NCBI RefSeq assembly: GCF_024521635.1
Contig: NW_026250404.1
Coordinates: forward strand, 2,418,001-2,482,000
Origin: Tricharina praecox
Lineage: Eukaryota
Direction of reading: 5' to 3'
Length of the DNA stretch: 64,000 nt
Shown here: positions 1 to 12,455 of the stretch, in pieces
Numbering within the stretch: the stretch's first letter is position 1
Layout of the letters: the number at the start of each line of letters is the position of its first letter
Translations under genes and position numbers: made by a program
The notes under the pieces: model-generated
What the model was told of the DNA's origin: nothing
What the model saw: only the letters and a program-made list of their open reading frames with translations
Database searches by the model: none

Positions 1-1341
1 AGTGGGACGTAAGAGAAAACAAGGCGACCCCGAGTGTATATCGTACGATCCATTGGGAGGCAGATAGGTGCTGTTTTATGGAAAGCTAGGTAGGGGATTC
101 TCGGAAACACGAGTGATGCTCCACGGAACCATTCCGACACTCGGAATAGCTTCATACGTAACCACATGCATCCGAGACACAACAGAAATATGCATGCATG
201 TCCCATGAATGATCAAAGATACAATGGGAATGTAATTCAAATAATTCATTTGAAGCTTCGGCATCTTCAGTCAGGATCATATTGAAGTTGCTGTGTTTTG
301 TGGAACCCGGGTGGGACTTTTTGTGGGGACTTTTTGTGGGTACCCGGGTGAGGACTTGGATGAGTGTCTTCGCCCATCACCCTTCAGTTTCTCCCACACC
401 ATATCAACTAGATCAACCTCATCATGCCGCAGCAGGTACATAAAGTTATACTCTCGTGCTTGAATTTGAAGAGCGAACTCGATCCCCACGATTTGTTATC
501 CTTTACCGGAAGGCGAAGTGGTAGCTTTTTTTTCTGCCCTTGTTCTCGAGTCTCTGGCCGGTCTTTTCATCCCTTACCATCAATACTTGAATCAAGTCAG
601 CAGAGTCCAGCCGACATCGAAACTGCTTTGACTGAACTTAGTGTACTTCACTGGCAGTGGAGACGCGCATAGGAGTGAGCTGTGCCTCTCTTGCTCTCAT
701 ACTATACCGCATTCATCTGCTACTATATTCCTACTGACTCGAGATAATGGGATCCTTCGATCCCGACACTCCGTGAACATCCATCGGTTTTCCACGAGCA
801 AGGCTCAATTATGGGTCCAAACCCATATCTACGATGGCAACATTAGCCGTCGCGGTTGGACGGTGCGGGTGGCGGCGCCGTATCTACTACTCCATGGTAG
901 GGGCATGATCGGATCTAGAAGATAAACCAACCGTATATGGTTGAAACCTTGAGTTACTGAGGCACCAAGAAGTCTCCAATGTGAGCATGCCCCATTGCGG
1001 GCCAACATCGCATATGAGAAACAAAGTTTTCTATCGGAGGAATTGAAAGGTATATTGCATGGATCCCCTTCTCTCATAGTGGTTCGGAATAAGCCAGAAA
1101 GACGAAGGTTAAGCTACAAAACCATTTTAATGACTGGAATCTCCGCCGTCTTTCAAGTTGAAGTTCCCCGATGAGCTCGAGCTACAAAAAGCCACGTCTT
1201 CTTGCGGTTGTTCTTGCTTCTGTTCCTCATCATGCCTCGCTAACAGCTTCTCTCCTACGACTTCTGAAGATTACGAGATAAATTCCAAACCTCCACCCGA
1301 TTTTACCGATACAACCCCCGCGATACAACCCTCACGATAAG

Positions 1342-2718
1342 ATGGCCGACGATATCCATACGCTGGCGATGCAGCTGTGGATGGAGGATATAGACGTATT
1401 GGATACAGTGCACGGCTACGAGGCCGGCCCTTCGACAGCTGGGGCCCCCGATCACGATCGGCCACCACCCCGCGGCGACAAAACCGACACGGAATCCAGT
1501 ATTCCAGATTTCGTCATGGCATTCGGAGGAGGCGAACCTCACTGGCTGCAACATCAGCAGGCCGAGATGGCATTCCTCCAAAGGCAAAACGCCGGGAGAC
1601 AGCGTGCTGCCGGTCGTCATGACCCTGTTGCACGTCCTCGGCCTCAACCGGGACCTGCACGCCAGCTAGAGCATTGGCCTCAACCAGGACCGGCACGCCG
1701 ACCAGAGCCTTGGCAGGAACCCCAGGGTAAAGGGAAAGGCAGAGCCACGGGCGTCGATTGCACCGCGTGCAGTGACGAGATTGTGGGGGAGCTCCACGAG
1801 CTGAAGTGCGAGCACCGGTACTGCATCGACTGTCTCACCCAGATGGTCTCAAAGGCCCTGGGTGGAGAATCGGACACGAACTTTCCTCCGAAATGTTGCA
1901 CGGATCCGATACCGACGGATGCCGTGAAAACGGTACTCTCAGCCGCCGATTTCAAGAAATACGAAGAACGTCTCGACGATCGCAAACAGGCTGTGCAGCT
2001 CTTTTGCCCGAAGCCGAAATGTTCGGCGAAACTGTCCGCGAACGATATCCGCGCAGAAACGGGGACATGTCCCCGCTGCCAAACGAAGATGTGCACGAAG
2101 TGCAAGGGGCTCGAGCACGCCGGTGTGTGCCCGGAGAGCGAGCTCGCCGAAGTGGCGAAGAAGGAAAAATGGGCCAGCTGCCCCGCCTGCCACCGAGTGA
2201 TCATGAAGCAACAAGACTCCTGCAACAAGATGATCTGCGTCTGCGGGTTCAGGTTCTGCTACCTCTGTGGTAAACCAACCCGAGGCCCCAACCGCTATGC
2301 AACCGCAGCCGAGGGTGGCTGTGATTGCCCAATATATAACCACGATGATCACCCAGAGCGGCTGCAGCATAACGACATGTTGGCCAATGAAGGACCACCA
2401 CCTGCCGGGTTTCCGGGACAATTCGAGCCACATGGCGGGGAAGCAGGCCCCGCCGGTGACGGCGATGGCTGGGACGGACGGCGGTTGGTGGACGAACTGT
2501 TCCATCAGCGCGGTCCCTGGGGAGGGCGACCGGTGGTTGCGATTCCAGTACCGCAGGCAGCTCCTCGGCAACTGCCGCGGGTAGTTGCACGACCACCACC
2601 GCAGATGCTTCCACGAGAACGGCCGCGTTGGAGGAGGCAGGAAGACGCGGAGTGGTACCTAGGCCACTACAACGAGCGCGGTGAATGGGTGGATCCTTTT
2701 GGAAGGCCGTACATTTAG
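1342..2718 (+). CDS. RBR-type (RING1-IBR-RING2) E3 ubiquitin ligase, fungal IBR-domain protein, single exon, 458 aa
   Basis: RING1 CTAC..C-H-YC-DC..KCC; IBR FCPKPKC..CPRC..CTKC..H..C; RING2 CPAC..SCNKMICVCGFRFCYLCG with the catalytic Cys; low-complexity Pro/Arg-rich termini. Confidence 0.92.
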   Translation: MADDIHTLAMQLWMEDIDVLDTVHGYEAGPSTAGAPDHDRPPPRGDKTDTESSIPDFVMAFGGGEPHWLQHQQAEMAFLQRQNAGRQRAAGRHDPVARPRPQPGPARQLEHWPQPGPARRPEPWQEPQGKGKGRATGVDCTACSDEIVGELHELKCEHRYCIDCLTQMVSKALGGESDTNFPPKCCTDPIPTDAVKTVLSAADFKKYEERLDDRKQAVQLFCPKPKCSAKLSANDIRAETGTCPRCQTKMCTKCKGLEHAGVCPESELAEVAKKEKWASCPACHRVIMKQQDSCNKMICVCGFRFCYLCGKPTRGPNRYATAAEGGCDCPIYNHDDHPERLQHNDMLANEGPPPAGFPGQFEPHGGEAGPAGDGDGWDGRRLVDELFHQRGPWGGRPVVAIPVPQAAPRQLPRVVARPPPQMLPRERPRWRRQEDAEWYLGHYNERGEWVDPFGRPYI

Positions 2719-3215
2719 CCTGCCGATGGGTCGATGGTAATGGGGTTTCTTTTGTTTTTTTCTTTGGAGTTACGGTTGCATTTTATATGGCGTTGTCTGT
2801 CTTGGGTTCAACTTGAGAATTTTTATATGCTCGGTTCGTTAAGCGTCCATAGCTTTTTATATTAATAGTTGAACTGGGATTTATAGAGTGCCTAGTAGCG
2901 GGTTCGATCTCCCTGAATATGTACAATACCATCCATCATGATTCGATCCTATATAGTAATCCAGAGTACTAGTAGGTACTAGGAGTGGTTTCTATGGTGA
3001 CGCTGATATTCATCGGCCGTCACTTATGGGGGTAGTGAGTGACAACAAATTCTGCCGAACTATCAAGTTTCCTGCCGTGGCAAGTAGTAGTATTGTTCAT
3101 CACATTCCGAGATCTATTAGTGGACCTAGATGAGTCTATCGTTACATAACACAGGTATACATTCAGCCTACTATTACCCATCACCACTCCCTTGGCCCTA
3201 CCCTATATATAGGTA

Positions 3216-4873
3216 CTACCCCCTCTCAGCCTCCTTCTCCCTCGTCAGCCTCGCAACCCTCCACCGCATGCCATACTTCCATTCCAAAAACAACAGCGGT
3301 GCCATAAGCGTGCACACTATGCCCACAAACGTAAAACACCAACCGCGTCCCATGGCCTGGAGCATGCTCTCTATCACAGCTGTTCCGGCGGCACCCATCA
3401 GGCAGCGCACAAAGTTATTACACGCTGTTGCGCTGCTGGGGCGCGTCTGGTACAGATCCACCACCAGCGTGCTGAGGACGGTGAACACGCAGGTGCCAGC
3501 GACACCGACGACGAATGTTAGGAACAACGGCGCTGCGAGGTGCTAGAGATGTATGTTAGCTAAGGGTAGGTGAAGGGGGCGGGGTCGTGGTTGGAAGCCA
3601 TACAGTCTCAAAATGCAACAACCAGCCATAAGTTACGATGGCGGCCATGAACAGAGCTTGCGACCAGAAAACACTCCTCAGCCTCGCCTGTTCGATCGGA
3701 AACTTCAGCATATCCTCGCCGCGCTTCGCATCCGGCTTTATCCCGCAGCGCTGCGCAATGATTTTGTAGTCTCGGCCCATCAACCGCCCGGCGATGATGC
3801 AGGCTATACCGCACCCGACGCCGAATGGGAGGTAACATAGGCCGACCTGCAGCGGAGTGAGGCCGTAGATGTCGGCGAAAACAGACGGCAGTGAGGCCAT
3901 GATCATGTAGAACGCCGTGTAGAATATACCGTTGATAAAGAGGACCAGCGCCATATCTTTATGCAACAACAATTTCAAGCTAGCCATCGGATTCGGCGCA
4001 CGGAGCTTCGGCCGGGGCGGCCGCGGCGTGTCGATGGGATGTTTCGAACCCTTGAGCAGCTGCAGAAGGCTCGCATCCACTCGCGGTGGCGGGATGGACC
4101 CATTCCCGACCACGCTCCGCCCCGTCTCGGGGAAGAACACGACGTGGAATACCAGATACACTCCACCACATATGGCAAGAATCCAGAAGATCCACCACCA
4201 ACCCAGCTTGTCGGCCAAAACTCCTCCGATCACCGGGCCGACGGCAGGCCCGCACATGGCGCCGAGGTTTACGGCTCCCATGTAGGCGCCGCGCTCGCCG
4301 GCGTGCGCGATATCCGCTACCACGCCACTGGCCAGGGCGATTACGCCTGACGAGCCGGTCGACTGGAGCATCCTCAGGACTAGTAGTGCTGGATACGCCC
4401 GTTGCAGTGCCAGTCCGATGTCTGCGGCGATGTAGATGACGAAGAGGAGAATGTACACGGGTCGGCGACCGAGCGTGTCCGCCAGATCGCCGATCAGCAT
4501 AGGTGCGAGAGCTTGCAAGATCATATAGCTTGTTATAGTCAAATTGATCAACTCTGTAGACACGTTGAGGTCGGCGGAGAGGGAGGAGAGTGCAGGAAAG
4601 TAGATCTGGCTACGGTTAGCGGGACGATCAGGCTAGGTAGGTTTTAGATGGAGAACTTGCGTTGGCTGAGAGTGGCGAGAAGAAGGAGGCTATCCCCACG
4701 AGAAGCACTATCCATCGCTTCTGCGGGCGCGTGAAGACCGAGTATGCCTCGGCCTCTATTGGTGTCGAGGTCGTGGTCTTTTCGAGGTCGACGTTATCAG
4801 CCGCCTTTGGCGCATGCGCGGCGCTCTCTACGCTACCCTGGGAGAATTCTGCTACCGGTGATGTCGAAGACAT
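3216..4873 (-). CDS. MFS drug:H+ antiporter (DHA1/Qdr-like), 3 exons (4873-4661, 4605-3604, 3542-3216), about 513 aa
   Basis: Spliced FFSPLSAN|IYFPAL motif, motif A GDLADTLGRRP, GPAVGPVIGG, about 12 hydrophobic segments, C-terminal SATACNNFVRC; exon sum 1542 nt is in frame. Confidence 0.93.
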
Positions 4874-5912
4874 TTTCTATCGTTCCTTTTCCTTTTCCCT
4901 TGCCAGCATCTTCCATTGCCATGATGGCGGGGACGTTGGTTTTAAGTTGGAATTCTTCCCTCCATTTTAACTGCTATCCAGATTCCAGTTTAACTAGAGT
5001 ACCTAGTTCGTCATGGATGATGGATCCTTATGGGGGAATCCCTTCGCGACCGCAGAGTCTGCAGGGTTCGTTCCGACATAACCGGTCGTCATGGCGCTTT
5101 TCGCTGGGGGCGTGTGCGCGGATATCGATAGCGGACGCAGTTGCTCGTGGGGGCCCGGAGTAGGGTAGTGGCGTAACGCGGTCGTTCTAGGGTCCCGGCG
5201 GGATGAGCTCCCGAGGCCGGGCGGGGGCGTACATATGTAACTGAGGAATTTCACTGGCCCAATCACGGCTTGCTACCGTGTATAGGTACCAGTAGGTAGT
5301 CCTCGTTACGAATGCATAGTACCGAGCACCCCTAGCTTTCGGCTTGACCTTCTGGTCCCAGGGTGTCGAAGGCCCAGGCCCCAAAGTGATGTTATTTTCT
5401 TTTCTGGTCTCTCGGCTATTCCTCGGAGTTAATGCTTTGAAGATTCCCGGTCCCGAAGTCTCTAATGTCCGACAACTACGGCCGGCCGTCCGATTCGGAT
5501 CGTGCGGCAATCATGCAGCCGGGGGGGAGGAGCGGTGCGACGTTATCATGCCGATACAGCCGAGACCAATACGGTCCTCCGGAGTTCGGTTTCGAGCTCT
5601 CGATGGCGAGGATGTGATCGGCGGTGGGTGAGTCGACCGTTCTTTCGGGTCGTGTCTAGGACTGACAGCTGTCACGTCTCGTCCATGAACCAGGTACCGG
5701 TGGGTATCTTGAAATTGCCATTTTTACTCTAACGGTCTAGCCCTCCATGTTGCATGCAGTTGCGCATACCGGTATTAGTAGACATCACACAAAACCAGCT
5801 CGTATGTATGTCACGTCACAGAACAAGCCCGCACATCTTCCAGCTGCAGTCATCCAGAAAACGCCTCCCGAATACGTAGGTGTGTACTGCGTCTCGTTGC
5901 CGGAGCTGGATC

Positions 5913-6176
5913 TCAAACTTCACCAATCTTATTTTTCCGTGCGTACTCCGAGTCAACCATCATGATGACCACCTGCTCCTTCCCTCGCAGCTTGCGCACT
6001 GTATTCCGGAGCTTCCGTAGGTCATCCTGTGCCTCAGATAATCGATGCTCTAGCTCCTGGGTATGGAGACGCTCGGCTTCGAGGATTGTCAGTGCTATAT
6101 CCCGTTGTACGCGGAGGACGGATTCTGGGTCGGGCTGTTGGGGACGACTCAAGCGCGGGCGGATGAGGAACTTCAT
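5913..6176 (-). CDS. Small hypothetical coiled-coil protein, 87 aa
   Basis: ATG-initiated ORF with heptad-like segment LHTQELEHRLSEAQDDLRKLRNTVRKL and a TATAAAA about 90 bp upstream; no family recognised. Confidence 0.4.
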   Translation of the reverse strand: MKFLIRPRLSRPQQPDPESVLRVQRDIALTILEAERLHTQELEHRLSEAQDDLRKLRNTVRKLRGKEQVVIMMVDSEYARKNKIGEV

Positions 6177-6521
6177 CTGGGGAATATTCGAGGATTGAAA
6201 TGGTGCAATCTACGGGTTTTCTGGGGAAGGGGTACGAGTGAGTACCTCCATTAGGGGGGTTTTATAGGTCGGAATGAAACACCATGGCCTTTTACGCCCG
6301 TTTGACATGCCAAGCACGGATTCGTGTTATCATAACGGTTTCCATTTGTTCAAGTCGAAGGCATTGATTACTGCATAACTCCGTTTTTCACACAAAACCC
6401 GAGCCTGATGACCCAAAAAACGCACCGAGTACAAAAAACAAATAGGCCCGTTATACCTATGTTAAAGAGGAGAACTTCGATGACCATGCGATATCTTGTA
6501 AATGAAACATGAAGCTCGCTA

Positions 6522-7660
6522 TCAAAAATGATGATCGCTCAGCGGCATATTGCCTTCGATTTCGTATTCCTGCACTCCGGTGAACATCCCCAACTACCGA
6601 TACCAGTCAAACCGGAAAGCAAACCTCAATGCCTCCAAATATGCTCCCCGAACTGGAATCTCTTTCCTTGTCGGATACATGTAGCTCTCCGGTCGCAAGC
6701 GCCTGGACTTGCTCGTCCACAAAGTTCCACACCTTCTCGACAATTTTCTCTTCGAGCTTTGGCGCAATCATGACCGTAAGGCTGGCCCGCTTTGGCCGTG
6801 GGATGTAAATCCTGTCGCTGTGGTACATATGTAATGATCAGTACGGTAACTATAAACCAGCAATCGCCGGAAGGGGTTACTAACTCGAATGCCCATTTCA
6901 GCAAACGAATATTCCGTATACCGGCCAGCACCTTTGCCGCTTCACCCAGGTCCTTAGTCTCGGCGACCCTTGCCGCCTCCACGAAACACGAAGCCACCAT
7001 ATTCGCAACCAGGGCGACATCCTCGCGCCACTCTTCGATGGCATGGTGGTTCGTCCTCAACTCCGCCGGGCGCTGCTTGACCAGCCTCCTCAGAATCCAG
7101 CGCATCATGGTCAGGGGCTCCATCGCCGCAGAGACCATTTCACAAAAGTCGTGCCTAACCTTCTCCCCCTCTCCGCTCCTCTCCCACTCGCGCATCACCT
7201 GCAGTCGACCCTCGATCTCCCTTAACTGCACCATGAGCTCCTCGGTGTACTGGACAAACTCCCTTAAGCACTGTGGCGTCTCCTTCCTCGGCAAGAAGAG
7301 GAACGTCCGCAGATCCAGCGGCAGTCGGAACTCCCCCGCGTCAACTACGCCGGACGTGCGCTGGTGCTGACTGGATAGAAAGTCTAGCCGGGGCTTGGAT
7401 ATATTGCGTTGGTCCAGGTAGTGTCGTGTGCCATTACTTAGGTGTAGGACTGGCGCGATGGATGTGTTTTTCGAGTTAGGGCTGGTGTTGGCTGTGCCGT
7501 TGGTTGCGGGCGGTGGGGATTTTTTCTTGAAGGGCGAGCTGAAGCTGGTACTGCGGAAGCTGCGGGGCGTGGTCAGACTGAACATTCGTAGAGGGGAGAT
7601 TGTCGGCGGAGACTGTGCGGTGGTTCTCGAGGGGGGTGATAATTTGTGGGCTGCGGACAT
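6522..7660 (-). CDS. Hypothetical protein, probably 3 exons
   Basis: Long ORF with S/P-rich N-terminus and helical core; GTTAGT...CAG intron (about 6884-6819) joins the 6607-6828 frame; a possible second intron ends in GAATAC...TGA at 6522. Confidence 0.6.
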
Positions 7661-7967
7661 CGATGCTAGATGTTGAGGTGTTCAGAGGCGGAAGATACGA
7701 GTGTTGGTATCGAGTCTCGCAGGAGTGGTTGGATTTTGTTTTACGATGCTTGGAATAGGAGTTATTTGCGTTGAAGGCACTTGCGGTGTTTGGGGTTTGT
7801 ACCCCTCATCTTTCAAAGACATCATTCATCTCATCACTCGGTGCAAAACAACTTTTCACAACTTTCCCAGCCGAGTGACATTCCATCCATACCAACAAAC
7901 AACTAAACCAACAAACTACTAAACCGACGCCACCAACCAACAAGCCCATCGACAACAGGCACATGAC

Positions 7968-8546
7968 TCACAGAAACTTATAAATGAAATTGTCGACATA
8001 TGACGGTGCGCCGAGCACCACCAGAGCTCCCTGCTTCGTATACCTCAACTCCGCCTTGACACTCACCGCCTTAAATCCCTTGAACCCCGGCAGCTCGATC
8101 ACATGCGGCCCAGGGGCTTGGACGTCGATGCTTTTCGTGACCACCGGCGGCCCGCCGATCATCTTCATCCCCTGTACCATGACCCTGACAACCGCGTTCG
8201 GATCCATCGCAAGTATGGTCCAGTGCAACTCAGTCGCCCACGCCAGCTGGCTCACATCGAACTTCTTCTTCGCTTCGAAAGCTACGACTCCGTCCATAGA
8301 GGTGAGGAGGTTCGGCTGGCTGACGGCTCGGTGCCACGGCCCTGCGCCGGAGGAAGACTGATGGCAGTACTGCGTCTGCGTGGTGTTCAGGACGGTGCCG
8401 CTGATGGTGAAGCCTTTGTAAGGCGTGGCGGGAGTAAACGTGAGGCTGCCACAGTTGGGGTCGTTGGGGACGGGGAGGTCGTCGAAGGTCAGAACTGCGC
8501 AGGAGGCGAGCGTGAAAAGTGGGAAGAGAGCGGTGGGGAATCGCAT
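7968..8546 (-). CDS. Small secreted beta-rich protein, 192 aa
   Basis: Signal peptide MRFPTALFPLFTLASCA followed by VLTFDDLP; two Cys; ends YVDNFIYKFL; TATA-like sequence at about 8675. Confidence 0.8.
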   Translation of the reverse strand: MRFPTALFPLFTLASCAVLTFDDLPVPNDPNCGSLTFTPATPYKGFTISGTVLNTTQTQYCHQSSSGAGPWHRAVSQPNLLTSMDGVVAFEAKKKFDVSQLAWATELHWTILAMDPNAVVRVMVQGMKMIGGPPVVTKSIDVQAPGPHVIELPGFKGFKAVSVKAELRYTKQGALVVLGAPSYVDNFIYKFL

Positions 8547-9367
8547 TGTTCCTGATGAGATGAATTGAAACTGTGCTAGCGAAGGGCTGTCGCTGGTAAG
8601 ATGGTGAAGCGGGGTAGGCTGTAGTATAAAACCGGAGTGGAGGAGGAGGAGGAGTGAGAGCGTCTCCCCGCCTTTATACACCATCTAAGCGGCACCGAAT
8701 GCAGAAATTCCCCAGGGTATCGCAGGTGTCGGCGGATGTCATCTGCTCGTGGATGGATCCGGTAGATCTATCCCGCAGACCTTCTGAAGCTACACAGTAT
8801 CGCGACGTCCCAGAATATACACAGCAATTTTTCAAAGTTCCGAGCGATGCCGGTGAATACTAGTACAACGGTGAAGGATACTCGTCAAGCTAACGTGATT
8901 TCATTCGTAGAGTCGCCGGTACTTTATATTGGGGGTGTTCGGGTTGCGCATTGAGGTTTCTACCATCCTCACATGAGGATGGTGCTACAGTTTCTGTGCG
9001 TTGAATCCATGGAATCGTCGTACGGAAAGAGAATCAAGCGACTACGCATGGAGGTTGTATACCTACCATCGTGAGACAGGATAGTACTGTTGGCGGACAG
9101 TACCTGCTTCTAAAGATGTCTACTTTTTGTTTAGCATATACCAATCACTCGGTAGGGCTGCATCAGCCCAAGTGCCCTGGCTCATCATCACTCTTCTCTT
9201 CTGAACTTCCAACCGCTCTTCTCCTCTCCACTTCCACTCTTCTCTTCTAAAATTGCAAACACTCCTCTCTTCTGCACTTCGAATCACTCCCCCTTTCGAC
9301 TCTCTCCCGCCGAAGACAGCTTTCTTGTTTAGAGGAAATCTACTTCGCAAACCCAAACGACATTGAG

Positions 9368-11011
9368 ATGGCGAACTCTAAGCTTCCGAAGAGCTTATCT
9401 GCTCCACATAGAAGCCAATCGAACCTACCGTCTTCGTCACTTTCTAGGCGGGGATCAATTCAACCCCCTCCTCCACCAAGAAAATTAGTTCTCACGCGTG
9501 CCTCCGAGAAGAAGCCCGAGTCACTGGCTCAAAGAGCCTCCCCAGTGGCAATGCCAACAAAGTCTTCCGCGCGGAAGCTTGCGAGTCAGGAGTGCCCAGC
9601 TTCAAGCGTTTCGACCCCTACGGCTTTCATCCGTATCCAGAAGACTCCAATGGAGTTATCATGTGAGCGCTTCATGAAGCGCATCAGAGCATCCCGCCCA
9701 GAGCTCGACGGTCAAACGAACCCGGAACCCCGGAAGTTGATCGTCGGCGGTACCATTTTCTACCGATGTAGCGGAGAAAACGGGAGTTTATACGAGGAGT
9801 ATCGTCCTCGTCCACCAGGTAAGATCCTCCGACACAAGCGTGCAAAGCTCCGACTGTTATTACAAAGCTTACACGACTTGTCCGCAGCTGTTATCTCCAA
9901 GCGGAAGGCGGGGAAGGCCTCGACGAGCGTCCGCCGTTGCGAACGGGATGAGAAACCCAAGGGGCAACTACAGGATGAGCATGAGCAGGAAAGATTGATC
10001 CTGCTGAAGCTATTGGCGAAATTCGAGCGGCTGCTGGCTGACAAGGAGCAGCAGCAGCCTCAGGTTAGCCGAGCAGGTCCGATGCCGCACCGTCCCATGG
10101 TGGTCCCGGGAGATTTCTCCTCTGTTGGATGCACGCTTAATGGCGTTGCGCTGGAACCCAGCAACCCAACTGCTCCCCGTGCGGCCGCCCCATGGATGAT
10201 GAAAATTAGACGCACCAGCGTCTCACTTGACCCCGCAGACGTGCCCATCACGGTGGAATTCGTTGCTCGTACCAAGCCGAATCTCCGCCGCGAGCGTACC
10301 CAAGCGCTATAGACGATTCTGTACCCCCTCGTGGATTCGCTGTACTATCAGCCATTGTCCGGATCGGACCGTCTCGTAGTCAACAGGGGGCACGACACCT
10401 ACCTTTCACCGCCGCCCACGAACCCCGTCCATCCCCAGTGGAAGCCATTCCGTCGCGCGAACGGATCCGGCATGCCAAAGTACCTGAGCATGCTGTGGGA
10501 CGAGAAGGAGGCAAAGTTCTGGACCAGGCGCATCGAACGGAGAGCGGGGCTCAAGCCCTTGACGGCGGCCAGCCTCCTTGCGCGCACGCCCGATAGGGAT
10601 CAAGAGATGAAGCCGATCGGGACGGGAATTGTCGGAGTCGAGCCGGAGGTCGGGGAACCGGCCGAGGTTTTGACTCCTCGGCGAGTGTCGCCGTGCCTCA
10701 CCGGCAGCTCGCCGACGTTGCTGGGAACGGGACCCGGCAACGACAATACCGGTACCCACATCCCGGGCGGCGGCTACGGCAACGTCGAGAATCGTGGAAT
10801 CGTCATTGAGACTAGAATGGAGACCGGCGGCTTGCCGCGCGCTGTCTACCCGTCCGGCCAGGGGTTTACCTCCGCCGTTCCACCGACCATGTTGCCCCCA
10901 CACTACGTCTACGGACGAGTGCCTGTACAGCAATTTGCTGTCAGGAAGGGATGCCGGCTCCGCCCAGATGAGGACGCGGAAGAGGAGGAAGTCACAGAGC
11001 TGGAGGAGTAG
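9368..11011 (+). pseudogene. Hypothetical basic/Pro-rich protein interrupted by one in-frame TAG (10310-10312)
   Basis: ORFs 9368-10312 and 10331-11011 are in the same frame (offset 963 nt) with only the TAG between them; CT-rich 5' leader at 9190-9310. Confidence 0.5.
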
Positions 11012-11859
11012 GCGGAAGAGGACACAGAGCCGCAGGAGAGTGCGGTTCTGGTCTAGTGCACGAGCTGGGAAGGAGAGGCGAATACCAGCATTTAGGGGGA
11101 GGGGAGGAGCTATTTTTTTTTCTGATTTCAATTTTACTGCGTTTTTGATACCATTTGATAGGACTTTGTAGTCCACGTTCTTTTCTTGTTTTTCTCTTCT
11201 TTCTACGCGAGTGCTATTTGTCTGCATCTTTACGGGCATAGGTAGTTCTTTACTGCGTCATGAGACTAACTACAGGATAGGCGTTTGTTTTGCGGCATTT
11301 TTTGGTCCGAATATACTTGAAAGGTCACGATTGGCATCTCCGCAGTACCTACCTCGTTCAGGGGGCGTATCCCTGGCACCGGGCCGAAGCGGCGGCGGGG
11401 TGCGGCGATGCAAGGGGGTGGAGAAAGAGCCGGACGGTGGAAATCCAGATAGCCGAAAAGAAGCGACGGCGGGGTAGTCAGAGGGGACCGAGAAGGGAGG
11501 TGATTTGTGAGGGCCATTGCTACATTCGCTCTGGGGATGGTGGTCAGGACTCGGACGCACGTGGCCTGCAGATCGGAACATCATGCATACGATCCATCAT
11601 CGCTATCGCATTTCGACAGCACGCTCTGGCGCTCTGAATTCTCGCTCTTCGTGGAGAAGGCCCAAGGGCACAACCACCTCATCATCATCACCATCATCGT
11701 CGATCGGCATAATCTCCCGAATACATAAGAGACTCGTCGTTTATTATTATCATAAATATTCCCATAAAACAAAACGCCTCGCTAATGCTTCTCGCCACAG
11801 ATATCCCATTCATCAATCCATCATCAATCCATCATCATCACGAACCCATTATCGCGAAC

Positions 11860-12338
11860 CTAGCACTGCCGGAACCCAGCACTCGGAACACTGGAACTCT
11901 GTAGTCGGTATGCCAACCGCAGCTCAGAATAATCCACTGTAACAGTCCATTAGCGACAATCCCATTTCCCGCGAGGCCTCTCGCGAACATCGGTGTGTAC
12001 ATACCAGTAAAAGTCTGAACACCAGCATCGGCCTGTCCGATACACAGCCGCAGCTTATCCGCCGCTGCCAGTACGGCCTCCTCGGCCGCAGGAGCGGAGA
12101 GTTCCATGCAGTACCCGCCGCAGCAGGCGCCGCCGTCGCCGTCGAGGAACGTGGACAGCAGCGTGTCGAACTTGGCCGGCGTGATCGGCGTGGCTTGGAA
12201 GTTCGCCATGCACACCGTGTTGCCGTCGGCGCTGCGGAAGACGGCGCGCGGTGTGATGGTGTTGGGAGAGGCGAGGGGAAGGGCCGCGGCGAAAGGGATG
12301 GCCAGGAGCACGCTCGAGAGGAGAAGAGTAAACTGCAT
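11860..12338 (-). CDS. Small secreted cysteine-rich protein (effector-like), 2 exons, 136 aa, 6 Cys
   Basis: Signal peptide MQFTLLLSSVLLAIPFAAA; GTATGT...GCTAAT...CAG intron 12004-11937 gives C-terminus VDYSELRLAYRLQSSSVPSAGFRQC*; exon sum 411 nt. Confidence 0.8.
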
Positions 12339-12410
12339 TTTTGTTGGTGGGGAGGTGGGGTTATTCAACTGGAAGATGGTGGTTCTCGGTTGAGGTGCAG
12401 TGGAAGATAT

Positions 12411-12455
12411 GTAGTAGTAGTGGTAGTGGTGGTGGTAGTGGTGGTAGTAGTGGTG
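12411..12455. repeat. (GTA/GTG)n trinucleotide microsatellite
   Basis: gtagtagtagtggtagtggtggtggtagtggtggtagtagtggtg. Confidence 0.85.

Noticed and set aside
2215..2240. RING2 CNKM instead of CNHM suggesting an inactive RBR ligase
   Set aside because: The catalytic Cys is present and non-His variants at this position occur in known RBR ligases
2895..2915. GGGTTCGATCTCCC resembling a tRNA T-arm / B box
   Set aside because: No A box, anticodon arm or acceptor stem pairing could be found
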